A stretch of DNA of 64,000 bases from Perkinsela sp. CCAP 1560/9 (Eukaryota > Protista > Euglenozoa: Kinetoplastea): contig CBFFSA010000001.1 of NCBI GenBank assembly GCA_965644495.1, positions 3,968,001 through 4,032,000 of the forward strand, written 5' to 3'. Shown piece by piece: positions 20,419 to 32,210 of this stretch. Under the pieces are notes generated by a model, which saw nothing but the letters and a program-made list of their open reading frames with translations, did not search any database and was not told where the DNA came from. The translations under genes were made by a program, and so were the position numbers. Position 1 is the first letter of the stretch. Each line of letters starts with the position of its first letter.

Positions 20419-22332
20419 ATGATGCCTCGATATCTATTTCTTCGTTCCCTCTCTCTTAAACTGGTTCGATCTGGAACCCTTCTCCACCTTTCGCATCGTT
20501 CCTACACCAACGCGATCGTCTATGGCTCGGGCAGACTGGGTACCGCTCTAATTGCTGCACTTTCCAGAGCTCACACTCCCCCCGAACGATCTACCCGGAA
20601 GGAAGAAACGAGACCCAAGTCGAGTACGAATCCTACTTCGAGCAAACGAACCAATTCTTCTTCCTCTCCCTATTGGAATGCCTACCGTGCGCTATCGCTC
20701 CCTCTTCGCCTGGGGTTTGTTGTGCGAGACACCGAAGCGGCTCAGAGCTTACGTCATAAACGACAGTCACCTGTTTTTTCGCAATATCAGTTGCCTCGTT
20801 CGGTTTCTATTCTTTCTAATGGCTTGGAGATGGAATCGTTCTTAGAATCGCCCTCGGAAAGGGACGATTTGCCTCCTGTTGTTTTCCTAGCGCTCCCGGC
20901 TCGTGCACTACGGGAGGTGATTCAACCCGGGAGCGGGTTTCGTGCTCTATTTCCAAAATCCACAAATTGGCCTTCGATTTCCCCAATTGTTGACTTAAGA
21001 AGTGCGAAATCGAAACAAAAACTCGGAGAACAGGAGAAAAAAGAGACAACGAAAACGCAAAATGAAAATACGGATTCCGATGATCATTCTCAAAGCTCTG
21101 CTTTGAGAAGGAAGCCATCTTGTGTTCCAAAAGACGCCCCCCTCCCTCTCGTCGTGTTGGCTACCCGTGGAGTGGATGAGGAGGGTCGGCTGCCTCACCA
21201 GTACCTTCCGTGTGGAGTCCCATACGTCTACCTCGGTGGTCCAATGGATCCGAGTGATATTGTCGACGGCAAGCCGACATTTATTGTGGCCTCCGGTAAT
21301 GCGGGTGAAAAATATGAAACCCTTGTTCGGGAAATGCTCACCTGCGAGGATCTGCGGTATCCCTTTGTGGTTGGCACTGTGTCCTCTAGGAAACAGCCGT
21401 CATCATCTCCGGACACACGCGTACATCACAGTACCCCTCTGTCGGGTATTGGTGTGCTCGACCTGCCTCTGATTGCCCAGCCGGAGGGGAGAAACAATCA
21501 AACCAGCCCTCAATGTAACGAAACCGGACAAGATGAAAAGGATTCAGCTCCAACTTGGGTTTCCCCTATTTCTTCCTCTTCTTGTTCATCTGAATTCTCT
21601 TCGCTAGAGACCGCAATTTGTGCCGCATTTGGCCATTTCATCGCTCTCGGCTGTGGGGTGTTAAGCACCCAGTGGGGAGGCTCCTTCTCTCCGTTCTGTG
21701 CCTACCTCACGCGTTGTACCGAGGAGGTCCATGAGTTTCTCCACGCTCTCGGACTGAACGCTTCTGTGGCCTATTCCGTCGCAGGTCTTGGAGAGTTTCT
21801 CTCTTACGCCAGCGCGCGGAGGAGTTCATATTTTGTAATGGGCACACGACTCGCCCATGGCCTCCCGGGGTCGTATATTTCGCAAAAAACCAAACATCAC
21901 GAGCCCCATGAAGCGGCACTGGAGCTGTTGGGGATTACCAAGTGGTTGGATCATGTAGAGGGGTTGCTGGTGAGAGCCCGGCAGAGCCCATCTCCGGAAA
22001 AAGAGCAAAGAAACAACGCTGCCGAGGGTTTGCAATATGGAGAGTGTGAGACAAATGGGGAGGACGAACGCTCTCCGCTACCTTTGCTGCGCGCCACAGT
22101 GAAAGTGCTCCGAAATGAGCGCCGGGTATCGGAGTTTGCGGTGCTCGCGCTCGCTCCCTCGGCTGAGCAAATGAGGTATCGGAGTGTACAACATCCGTTG
22201 CTGTCCACCATGAACGTATTTTTTCATCACGTCGAACAGCCTAGTACACAGACAAAGGATGCAATGGAGCAACTGCGATTGTCGACCCCCGCGCCCCCGC
22301 CCGCGATACGCTCCTGGATGGGGATGAAGTGA
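20419..22332 (+). CDS. Divergent NAD-dependent glycerol-3-phosphate dehydrogenase-like protein
   Basis: AIVYGSGRLGTAL (Rossmann), FLALPARALRE, ATRG, LGGP, IALGCG and AGLGE occur in GpsA/GPD1 order, with long insertions. Confidence 0.75.
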   Translation: MMPRYLFLRSLSLKLVRSGTLLHLSHRSYTNAIVYGSGRLGTALIAALSRAHTPPERSTRKEETRPKSSTNPTSSKRTNSSSSPYWNAYRALSLPLRLGFVVRDTEAAQSLRHKRQSPVFSQYQLPRSVSILSNGLEMESFLESPSERDDLPPVVFLALPARALREVIQPGSGFRALFPKSTNWPSISPIVDLRSAKSKQKLGEQEKKETTKTQNENTDSDDHSQSSALRRKPSCVPKDAPLPLVVLATRGVDEEGRLPHQYLPCGVPYVYLGGPMDPSDIVDGKPTFIVASGNAGEKYETLVREMLTCEDLRYPFVVGTVSSRKQPSSSPDTRVHHSTPLSGIGVLDLPLIAQPEGRNNQTSPQCNETGQDEKDSAPTWVSPISSSSCSSEFSSLETAICAAFGHFIALGCGVLSTQWGGSFSPFCAYLTRCTEEVHEFLHALGLNASVAYSVAGLGEFLSYASARRSSYFVMGTRLAHGLPGSYISQKTKHHEPHEAALELLGITKWLDHVEGLLVRARQSPSPEKEQRNNAAEGLQYGECETNGEDERSPLPLLRATVKVLRNERRVSEFAVLALAPSAEQMRYRSVQHPLLSTMNVFFHHVEQPSTQTKDAMEQLRLSTPAPPPAIRSWMGMK

Positions 22333-22700
22333 AAGGCGAAAGTTTAGCAAAACGGAATTACGTTCCCTCACACAACACGTATGGAAGACAAGCCAAAGTA
22401 CTGTGTTGGATACAGCTTTGCGGGTCGTTGTGGGGTATGTCTCCACTGACCCTTAGTTTTCTCTTTCTAAAGAACCATAAGTTCTTTTAGTTTCTTGCAC
22501 CTTCTGATCCAGAAGATTAAATTTATTTCTAAAGTGTTAAGCCGAATAAAAATGCAAGTGATGTCGCCTACGTCTATGAACTTATCCGTTACTCAAGGAT
22601 TTTCGGGGTTTGTTTGAACACGCTATTTTTTCAAGTTGTTTATTTCGTGAGAAATAGAAAGCCGAAAACGCCCTTGGATAAGATTAATCTTGCTTGTAAA

Positions 22701-23603
22701 ATGTTTCCCTGCTTTTATTTCATGCTCATCATGACGTTAACGCTTCACGTACATCTATCGGATACACAACAACCTTCAATCAAACGTCAGCCAACCGATC
22801 CTAGTTCAGAGTTTCCTATATCGATTATTCGTGCCAGTAAAGTAAACACGAATCTACCACAAGAATATGAACTCGCTCGATTTATTGAAGATATGAAGAA
22901 TCCTGACCCTTCATGGAACACATCGACGCCTGCGTGTGAGTGGAATTATGTACACTGTGATGATAGCCAACGTGTTACAAAACTTGATTGGAAATGGGTA
23001 AGAAAGACTCATAGATCCGCTCTGGTTGCTGCAGGAATACTAAGATGGGAATGGTTGCCTCGAACATTGCTTTCTTGTGACGTATACCACAACCTGTTTA
23101 CAGGTCCAGTATCGCTTGATGTGTTACCACCTCTCCTTATTTCGCTGAAGCTATCATGGAACAAGTTTACCGGTTCATTGGACTTTATTCATTTGCCGCC
23201 CATGTTAGAAGAACTCCGGTTAAACAAGAACGAATTTGAATGGCGTGTTGACTTGACACAACTGCCACAGAATTTACGTCATCTAGACTTCTCGGAGAAC
23301 AACCTTTCTGGTCATCTTCAGCTTTCTTGTCTACCGGACAAAATGCGATCTCTTAATTTGTCATCGAATCAATTTTCGGGATCTCTTTCGCTCCAACATT
23401 TACCAGCCTCGCTTAGAGGTCTAACCTGTTCCTCTAATTCCTTCTCGGGTTCAGTCAAGTTTGATTCTCTTCCGGCAGGAATGAAACTACTGTGTCTAGG
23501 GATGAATATAGATTTGTATGGTGAGATTGATGGGTCCCTTTTACCTAAGAAGCTGAAGACCTTGAATTTCCACAGTACAAAAATTGTGTATAAACGCGGA
23601 TAG
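22701..23603 (+). CDS. LRR protein, member 2
   Basis: RASKVNTNLPQEYEL leader, W...TPACEWNYVHC cap, 24-aa LRRs; start ATG uncertain. Confidence 0.9.
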   Translation: MFPCFYFMLIMTLTLHVHLSDTQQPSIKRQPTDPSSEFPISIIRASKVNTNLPQEYELARFIEDMKNPDPSWNTSTPACEWNYVHCDDSQRVTKLDWKWVRKTHRSALVAAGILRWEWLPRTLLSCDVYHNLFTGPVSLDVLPPLLISLKLSWNKFTGSLDFIHLPPMLEELRLNKNEFEWRVDLTQLPQNLRHLDFSENNLSGHLQLSCLPDKMRSLNLSSNQFSGSLSLQHLPASLRGLTCSSNSFSGSVKFDSLPAGMKLLCLGMNIDLYGEIDGSLLPKKLKTLNFHSTKIVYKRG

Positions 23604-24596
23604 CTTTCGTTCGTAACATGATCATCTTATCTTAATCCCCACCATCTAAGATAGGGATACAGGGGGGAAAAAAGTTATGTCAACGAAAGTCGAGGCAACA
23701 AAAGTTGCGTGAACAAAAGTCGTGTTACACTCAACACAATTATTTCTGTAACAAAAAACAGGAAAACAAAAATTTATGTATTTTTTATTGTGCAAAATTT
23801 TTAAAAATGAAAATTTTATTTAAATTTGTTTTGCTCAAATTCCAAAAAAACTGATTTTTAACCTAAACGAGGGTCCGGTTTAGCATACCTGTGAGCTCGC
23901 ACCATACCGGAGGGGTTATGGTACCGTGCGCAGGGCCGATAGCATACCCCCCCCTGGTTTTTAGTAGTTCCCCCTGGTTCTCTTTAGCAGTTCTGAATGG
24001 TTGTGCCTAACTCCTTTTTTGTTTGTGTTTAACTTTCTTTTCAATATACACACACAGTACATTACTATTCATACCGAATTACCTTCATACCATTACTATT
24101 CCACATCTGTCTTTGAATGGTCTGGCTTACCAGTGAGCGTCCGGAGCAATCCGGAATGATTTGGATTGGATTGGATTTATCCATACCGCCTACATTTCCC
24201 CCAACAAAAAAAATCTCCACAAATATTTGTGCAACAGAAATTTGTGAATTTTTTATTGTGCAACAATTTCAAAAGTGATCAAACCCCATTACTTGGAAGG
24301 TATGCCTGTTTGGCCAGTTTCTTTTCTCCCAACTTTGTTTGCGAATTTATTCTAATTTTTTCTTCTGAAGACTTATTAAAACGCTTATTTGGGTTACTCC
24401 CGAATCCCCCAACATACGGACATACACCCCCTACTCCCTATACTCGTCCTGTGGGTCTCCGATCCAAACCTCTCTTACTGGGGCCCAAAAAGGGTGAAAC
24501 CTCTATAGCTGGGGGGTGTATTACTCGGGGGGTCTACGGTAGATGATTATCCATCTCCTTCAATAAATATTTTTCATACTTCAATACTTTTCCTTT

Positions 24597-25166
24597 ATGG
24601 ACATCTTTCGTGCACATAAAGTGCGTGGTACTTCTCTTCCGCCTGAGTTTATGCTTATTCGAATGATTGAAAATATTCAGAACCCGCATTCATCATGGAC
24701 GGCAGATATACCAATATCTAAGTGGAAGGGGGTAATGTGTTTGGAAAGCGGTGACATTGACAAAATTAGGTTTGAAAGGAGTAAGCTACAAGGACCTCTA
24801 CGGTGGGACATGTTGCCTCGCTCACTGACACACTTTGGTGTTTATTCAAACAAACTAATGGGGGAAGTAGACCTCAGTGAATTGCCCCCAAAACTGAAAT
24901 TTTTAGATGGTTCTTATAACATGTTTACGGGAGGACTTGATTTATGTCATCTTCCAATGTCACTTGAAGAGATCTTCTTTTCTGAGAACAAGTTAAGTGG
25001 GCGAGTTGATTTTTCTCATCTTCCACATCGTTTGTGTTCACTTGCTTTGAGACACAATCGATTACTTGGGGGTGAGATGCGTCTTCGTGAACTTCCTTCA
25101 AGTTTAAGTTATCGTCCAATATTTGAAACTTCGATTGTAGTTATTGATGATTCTGCAATAAACTAG
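24597..25166 (+). CDS. LRR protein, member 3
   Basis: RAHKVRGTSLPPEFML leader, W....ISKWKGVMC cap, LRRs. Confidence 0.88.
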   Translation: MDIFRAHKVRGTSLPPEFMLIRMIENIQNPHSSWTADIPISKWKGVMCLESGDIDKIRFERSKLQGPLRWDMLPRSLTHFGVYSNKLMGEVDLSELPPKLKFLDGSYNMFTGGLDLCHLPMSLEEIFFSENKLSGRVDFSHLPHRLCSLALRHNRLLGGEMRLRELPSSLSYRPIFETSIVVIDDSAIN

Positions 25167-25505
25167 GTAGCATACTACTTTAAGTACAGTGGTGTAAGAT
25201 GTCGATTTAAAACAATAGCATGGTTGAATGAACGAATTACATACACTATCCTATTACTGAATTACATACTGTATCTTACAGTAACTCAAGAAAGTGTTCA
25301 AATGTTTCGACATTTTTCCATATTTCTATTTTGGCCAAAGAGAATCAGAAGATGATGCCGTAGTATAAGGTAATAGTGTAGGGTGGAGTAGTGCTTACAT
25401 TCAACTTTGTCAACGGTCCTCTATTACTGGGGGTCAGCCCAAAAGGATCCAAACCTCTATTACTGGGGGGGTCTATTACCGGAGGGGTATACGGTAACAA
25501 ACCAT

Positions 25506-26352
25506 CTAAACCACCGTCCGTGTTATATTACCTAGGGACACCTATTGTACCTCCTAGGTATAACAAGTGTCCCTAGGGTCCTTATTATACCTCCCCCCCT
25601 ACCGCATCAGAGGCAGGTGTAGAACTTACAGGACCGTAAATTTGGATGTTGGAGGGGTCTAAAATTTGTAAGCCTTGGCCCATTTTGGAAAGGTATAGCG
25701 CATTCGAGAGCTCTCGAACAGGGCTCATGAACGTGCAGGCACGGAATCTTCGTTATTTGGATTTTCGAATGCACATAGTACACTTTATTTTTTGGTAGAC
25801 AAAATCTTTCATTTTTCACAATTTTTCTGATTTTCCCCCTGATTTATGCCACAGACGGGATTACGGACGATCACCTTAACGTAAACTCTCCGAAAGGGTT
25901 AATTCTTCGCCTGGACACGTAAAAGCATACTGGTGCATGCCCTTTGTTGTCGACTACGAGTTTTCTCCTCACTGCGCGTAAATTTCAATGTTGCGTTTGA
26001 TGAGTGAAACTTACCAAGAAAGCAGATTGACATTGTCAAGAGTTTTGACCAGTTGGGGTATAGTAACCACGAAAATACATGTATTCGTGGCATTTCATAT
26101 TCTTTTACCCCTGAAGCCTCAGGAAATAAACTTACTCCCACACTCGCACACGTTCTCCCAGGCGTTCCCCCAGGCCCGTCCCCCCAGGCGCAAGAGGGAA
26201 ACTTGCAAATGGATCGTAACATGTTGTGGGCAATGTTAAAAATTTCGCGCCGCTTCGCGGCGCGAAATTTTTTTCACCCTTTTTGCAAAGCAAAGTTATT
26301 ATACCTAGGGACACTTATTATACCTCCTAGGTATAATAACCCGGACGGTGGT
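25506..26352. mobile_element. Second copy of the CTAAACCACCGTCCG TIR element
   Basis: Collinear with 6913-9677 once nested insertions are removed; right TIR clipped. Confidence 0.8.
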
Positions 26353-26831
26353 GACCCCCCAACAGCGGATATCCCGCTTTTCTGTTAGGAGATATTCAAT
26401 AGCCTTGGGTATGGCCTCTCGCAATTCATGCCTATTTTTCGGACGCAAAGAACTATGAATGTGGTCATCCATGATTGACCACAAGTTTTCTATCAAGTTT
26501 AAGTCAGATGACTTTGAGGGCCAATCAATAATGTTTAAGCCTGCTTGCAATCCCGCTCGACGGGCTTGCCCATGACCCGGTGCAATAACAGAGAATTGCA
26601 TCCTTTAATAGACAATTTTAACGGGATTTGCACAATTTTTACATAAATTTGCATATTTGTTGGAGATTTTTTTTTATTTTTTTATACCAATTTTTACAGG
26701 TGTGTTTAAATAGGCGCAAAATGTCGTTCCGATCATATTCGCGTCGAGATCTCTCTTTTGCAACAAAAATCAGGTGAAACGGACACATAGCACAAAAATG
26801 GGAGGTGTCCCGATATTGGTGATCCTCCCTG
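26351..26831 (-). mobile_element. Deleted Tc1-like element with transposase fragment
   Basis: APGHG..DWPSKSSDLNLIENLW; end GGTGTCCCGATATTGGTGATCCTCCCTG|TA; relative of 12760-13110. Confidence 0.85.
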
Positions 26832-26996
26832 TATTATTTAAATAGCGATTTAAATAATATACCGTTCCCCGGGTTACACTAACTTCGCTATTTTTCTTTA
26901 GTTTCTTTTGAACCGCTTTTTAATGGTTACAAAGAACACAAAACAACACCCCTAGCCTCCCCCCCGTAGTCTCGCACGTCGTCTCAACATCATCAC

Positions 26997-27953
26997 ATGT
27001 CACCTCTTCCCCTTCCATTCCACCTCCGTACCCTTACCTCCAGTACTATCACAACCCCCCTTGCGTCGTTTTTTCACCCCTTCTCACTTCCTTACCCAAT
27101 CCCCTTCTCTCCTCTCGGCTTCCCCTCTCCCCGATCCGATATCATAATCCCCGCCCCATGGTCCTTCCCGAGTCGTCTCCCTTCCCGTTCTCCCCCAACC
27201 CCCACAATCACAACAACCCCTCTACTTCCTCCCCACTCGACCTCCATGCTCTCACGACCACAACACCCAACTCATCTACACCCCCACACCCCCTCCCCTT
27301 CCCCCTCCCCCACCCCCACCCCCCTCTACACCACCAGTCCCTACTTTCAAAAATCCTTTTTCTCTTTTTTATTTCTCTCCACACTCTCCTTCATGGTTTG
27401 GCTACGTAACCAATCCATTGCCTCCTGCTCTGTAGGAGACCCCAACGAGACCCTTCCCAACGGGTCACCTTTACAAAACAACAGTTGTTGTAATCCCCAC
27501 AACTCGTGTAACGGATCACCACGCCTTAAGTATTGTGACACCCCCGAGGAGGTCGAATCCGTGATCCGCTCACGTGACCCGAGGCGACCCCCTTGGCCGG
27601 TGCTTCACCACAGGGCCACACAGATGCGTGAGGGGAAGCTCCCTCTCACGGGGGTGCAGGAGCTGTGGGAGGCCACCGCCTACTACTACCCCGCGGACTG
27701 GCTGATTCCGCTGGAGTTGGCCCAGGTGTTAAAGTACACCACGGGGCGGTACCTGAAACGAGTGGTACGGGACCCCGAGGGGTTCCGACGGGAGCTGATG
27801 GTCCAGCTGATTCAAATCAAGCATGGACGGGTGAGAGGGGTGGACCGGGTGAGTGGGGAGTTGTGGGAGATTTTGAGTGGAGCGATTGAGGAGTTAAGTC
27901 GGATGGATTTTCGGGATATGGAGGAGATACCGATTGCACCGACCCATCGGTAG
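26997..27953 (+). CDS. Hypothetical protein with one predicted TM segment and a globular C-terminal domain
   Basis: 318-aa ORF; Pro/Ser/Thr-rich N-terminus, FFSFLFLSTLSFMVWL hydrophobic segment, ordinary-composition C-terminal half. Confidence 0.75.
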   Translation: MSPLPLPFHLRTLTSSTITTPLASFFHPFSLPYPIPFSPLGFPSPRSDIIIPAPWSFPSRLPSRSPPTPTITTTPLLPPHSTSMLSRPQHPTHLHPHTPSPSPSPTPTPLYTTSPYFQKSFFSFLFLSTLSFMVWLRNQSIASCSVGDPNETLPNGSPLQNNSCCNPHNSCNGSPRLKYCDTPEEVESVIRSRDPRRPPWPVLHHRATQMREGKLPLTGVQELWEATAYYYPADWLIPLELAQVLKYTTGRYLKRVVRDPEGFRRELMVQLIQIKHGRVRGVDRVSGELWEILSGAIEELSRMDFRDMEEIPIAPTHR

Positions 27954-28766
27954 ATGTAGGGGAGGGGGCGAAGAGGGTTGCGATGGAAGAGAAAGGGGAG
28001 GAGGGGGGTAGAGAACAGAACCTGTAGATTAGAATGGGTTCAATTTTTGAGAAGAATACGTTTCTTGTGAAATGTTGAGTATGTTTATGGCACACCGTTT
28101 TGAGGTGTTACTACACACCTCAGGGTTAAAATGCATTACAAACTACTGTAAGCATGATGTCTTGGGTACAAAAATATCTAACTCATCCGTATTCTGGGAA
28201 CGCTTTTTGATAGGTGCGGCAAGGTTTTTTAGGTAAAGTCCCCCTCATTTTCTCAGACCCCTCCCGTACGATATAAACCATGTTCCAGGATAGTATACCC
28301 ATGCCCACTTAAACCACATACCCGTTTAACATACCTATACCTTGGATAACATACCGGGGGGGTATGTTATTCTGGTCTGCGACAGTTAACATACAACCCC
28401 CTCGTCCCACGTCTTTTTTTGTGCAACGGTACAAAACTCCAACCGTAATATCACGTACTTTTTTAACAAAATGTTTCTTTTATACGTTTTTAGATGTATT
28501 TTGATACGTTTTAGCATTTAGTACTACACGCGGTTAGTACTACACCCCCCCCTTTAATATGCACCCCCTTCCCTCCCCCCCCTTAATATGCACAAATTCC
28601 ATGTTGAATTTTCGGAACGTTTTTTTGAGAGCAGATGTTTTGCCTATTTTTACCCAATTTCTTCAAAGGGCTTTGTGCTTTTAAGCCTCTGATGCGCATC
28701 TATGTATGTGGAGATAATATATATTTGTATACTTGTTCCTCTCTTTCTCCCGTACTTTTCACCCTT

Positions 28767-31060
28767 ATGTCAGATACTGACGGAGTTCCGACCACAGTTC
28801 ACTCTGTGCGTGGACCTCTGACCACTTGGCTTCGGAAGCTCCCTCCCCAACCGCAAGTAGGGGAGCGCACATCCCTTATTATTAACAACACCCCGACGGT
28901 AACAGTTCAGGAAAAACGGCAGCGTACTGAACTTACTATATTCGAGAAACGAGAAATTTGTATGCAAAGAATCGAGAAAGCTCTACCATTTACACTGAAA
29001 TGACACGTCTAACTTATTCTCTGAGCGGGATTTACATCGATGTAATTCGTTCTGGGTGGGTTACTGACGATGTCTATGAGCGAATGTTAAAGAAATATTT
29101 ACCCTATACTCTTGACAACCCCTCGACGGTTATTATCACGGACGATTTCTTTTTTAGGCTCTTCGTTAAACGCGGTGGTTGCTTTCAACTTAGAAGTCAC
29201 TCATGCTGCGCGCTTCGCGTTGAAAACTACCGCCGCGTTTAGCGAAGAGCCTAAAAAAGAAAATTTAGCCTGGAAAACGGAAAGATTATAGCCAAAAATA
29301 GCCGAATTTCGGGTAAAAATGGGGTCATTTTCGCATATTTTTGCTCTCAGAGCACTAAATCCGACATTTGCGCGTGGGAAATCACTCGTAGGTATGAATG
29401 GAAGCCTACCGAACGTATTGGGTGGAGAATGCGACTCCAACCATACCATTCTTTCGACACAAAAATGCCCCTTTAGGTCCGAAAAATACTTTTTCACCTT
29501 TTTTAGTCAAAAATGGGTCATTTTGGGGGGCGCACCACGGTTAGAAGAAGGGATACCTTGCGAAAGCAACTGCGTAGAAAGCTAGTGTAGGTCCCAAACT
29601 ATCAAAATACAATAGGGGAAACGATTTTGGAAAAATATTTTTTTTGTCATTTTTTTCGCCAAGTTGAATTTTTTTTCAAAAAATTTTCTCCGAAAAAATC
29701 CGAACTTGGCGGACCCGTCCTGCGGATACGCGGGGGGGTTACCCCCGGGTAGGGGGGTGGAAAATGCGCGCCAAGACCCCGGCTACCCTTTCTGCAGTTT
29801 TTTTTCGAAAACTAATTTTTTCGAAAAAATTTGATCGACCATGCCCCCCCCCCCCTGGACCCCCCCCCCTGGACCCCCCCCCTGGACCCCCCCCCTGGAC
29901 CCCCCCCATGGACCCCCCATTTTTTTCAAATTTTTTTTTCAGTTTTGGACCACCGGAGCCCCCTTTTATAAGTCTTTCCGTTTTCCAGGCTAAAGTTTCT
30001 TTTTTAGGCTCTTCGTTAAACGCGGTGGTTGCTTTCAACTTAGAAGTCACTCATGCTGCGCGCTTCGCGTTGAAAACTACCGCCGCGTTTAAGGAAGAGC
30101 CTAAAAAAGAAACTTTAGCCTGGAAAACGGAAAGACTATAGCCAAAAATAGCCGAATTTCGGGTACAAATGGGGTCATTTTCGCATATTTTTGCTCTCAG
30201 AGCACTAAATCCGACATTTGCGCGTGGGAAATCATTCGCAGGCATGAATGAAAGCCTACCGAACGTATTGGGTAGAGAATGCGACTCCAACCATACCATT
30301 CTTTCGACACAAAAATGCCCCTTTAGGTCCGAAAAATACTTTTTCACCTTTTTTAGTCAAAAATGGGTCATTTTGGGGGGCGCACCACAGTTCGAAGAAG
30401 TGATACCTTGCGAAAACAACTGCGGAGAAAGCTAGTGTAGGTCCCAAACTATCAAAATACAATAGGGGAAACCATTTTGGAAAAATAATTTTTTTTGTCA
30501 TTTTTTTCGCCAAGTTGAATTTTTTTTCAAAAATTTTTTTCCGAAAAAATCCGAACTTGGCGGACCCGTCCTGCGGATACGCGGGGGGGTCACCCCCGGG
30601 TAGGGGGGTGGAAAATGCGCGCCAAGACCCCGGCTACCCTTTCTGCAGTTTTTTTTCGAAAACTAATTTTTTCGAAAAAATTTGATCGACCATGCCCCCC
30701 CCCCCCTGGACCCCCCCCCTGGACCCCCCCCCCTGGACCCCCCCCATGGACCCCCCCCATGGACCCCCCATTTTTTTCAAATTTTTTTTTCAGTTTTGGA
30801 CCACCGGAGCCCCCTTTTATATTTTTTTCTTCTATTATATTACTGTGTTCCTCTTTATATTTTCACTGTTTTTGTTCACTTTTTTTTCAATAATCGAGTG
30901 TAGAGCGGTAGTTTTACAACCACCGCAATTTTTTTCTTCTATTATATTACTGTGTTCCTCTTTATATTTTCACTGTTTTTGTTCACTTTTTTTTCAATAA
31001 TCGAGTGTAGAGCGGTAGTTTTACAACCACCGCAATTATACCGCTCATAGAACGAATAAT
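28767..31060 (+). pseudogene. Pogo/Tigger-like transposase remnant, internally deleted and interrupted
   Basis: KRQRTELTIFEKREIC (CENP-B/psq HTH start); SGWVTDDVYERML..VIITDD rejoins in frame to YTAHRT when 29146-31035 is removed. Confidence 0.75.
29146..31035. mobile_element. Hairpin-ended A^T element (subfamily A) with a second copy nested at 29971-30928
   Basis: Outer target GACGA^TTATACC, inner target TTTTATA^TTTTTTTC; no TSD in either. Confidence 0.93.
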
Positions 31061-31222
31061 GTACCAACGAATTGTGATCCACAGACGATACCCGGAGGGT
31101 GTACGAAAGCCACACAATTCCATGATCGCGTTTTTAATCGCTTATTCAAGCGTCAATATAATGAGCTTCTTAGCGCGTGGCGACTTCGAAATAGCGTCCA
31201 GAAGGTTACTCGTGCGCTTGTT

Positions 31223-32175
31223 TTGCAATGGATTAAGGATGCACATGCACATGTATGGGCAAAAAACCAAAGCACTTTATTAAAAGTAGCACAAACTTAC
31301 ATTTTGCGACCTGCGACTGAGTACCCTTGGATTGAGTCAAGCGTTACAGTTGGCTCAAAAACTACTCTTGGAATATGTCCTGAACATGCCGTCTCACCCT
31401 CCTCAATTTCAAAAGGAGAAAAACTCACACAAGAATCCATTGTGGTAGAAGATAGTGCGGGCAACACGTCCCACTATGACAAAGAGTGGAAACGATTCCG
31501 CGGTCGAAAGCGATTTCTTACGACGCATGCTGTTGATACATTATGCGAAAATGTATTGCAGGCATACCGTCTAGCCCCTTCCGCAGACAAAAAGAATAGT
31601 TTGTTTTGAACACAGGAAAGACTCGATTACTTTTAGGTTTTCAGCGCAAACTGTTCAGTCAAATTTTCCCCGACTCACGAATTATTGCGGTGCTCTTTTT
31701 TAACAACCATTTTTTTTTCGTGGAACTCCGAAAGCATCTGTTGACAATATTTGATAGTTACGAGGATTATTCTCCGATTTCTCGTCAAGATTTTCTTCAG
31801 TGCTTTCTAAAATTATTCTGTCCTCTTCTTGGTCACTCAATAGAGGATGTTCGTCTTCGACATGCTCCAGTCATGCAGCAGGAGCCTACGCTAAATGAAT
31901 GTGGAATACATGTAGTGAACAATTTATGTTCATTCCTGTTCTATCCTGCCACATTCAGTAGGGTGAATAATGTTTTGACCCGAAAGAATCTTTCTAAGTC
32001 ATGGTGGCCGTGCGGACCAGGAATTCCATCACTTCCTGAAAAACAAAGTACTGACGAAGAAACCGTCGGAGCGCTCCGTGACTCAGATTCCGATTGTGAG
32101 TATACAATCAATTTGATAAAAGATGTGCAGTTTGAAGATGCGACCGCGGATGGATGGGAGCTGTCCGAAAATTAA
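31223..32175 (+). pseudogene. Ulp1/C48-like cysteine protease, frameshifted near 31607
   Basis: FLTTHAVDTL, FFNNHFF, IFDSY and QQEPTLNECGIHV give the H-D-Q-C motif order. Confidence 0.7.
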
Positions 32176-32210
32176 TGACGGAGATGCAAATTCCTATCCA
32201 AAATAAGTTT

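Noticed and set aside
30822-31035. Tandem terminal duplication (Penelope-type pseudo-LTR)
   Set aside because: Fully explained by nested insertion of one copy into another at TTATA^TTTT.
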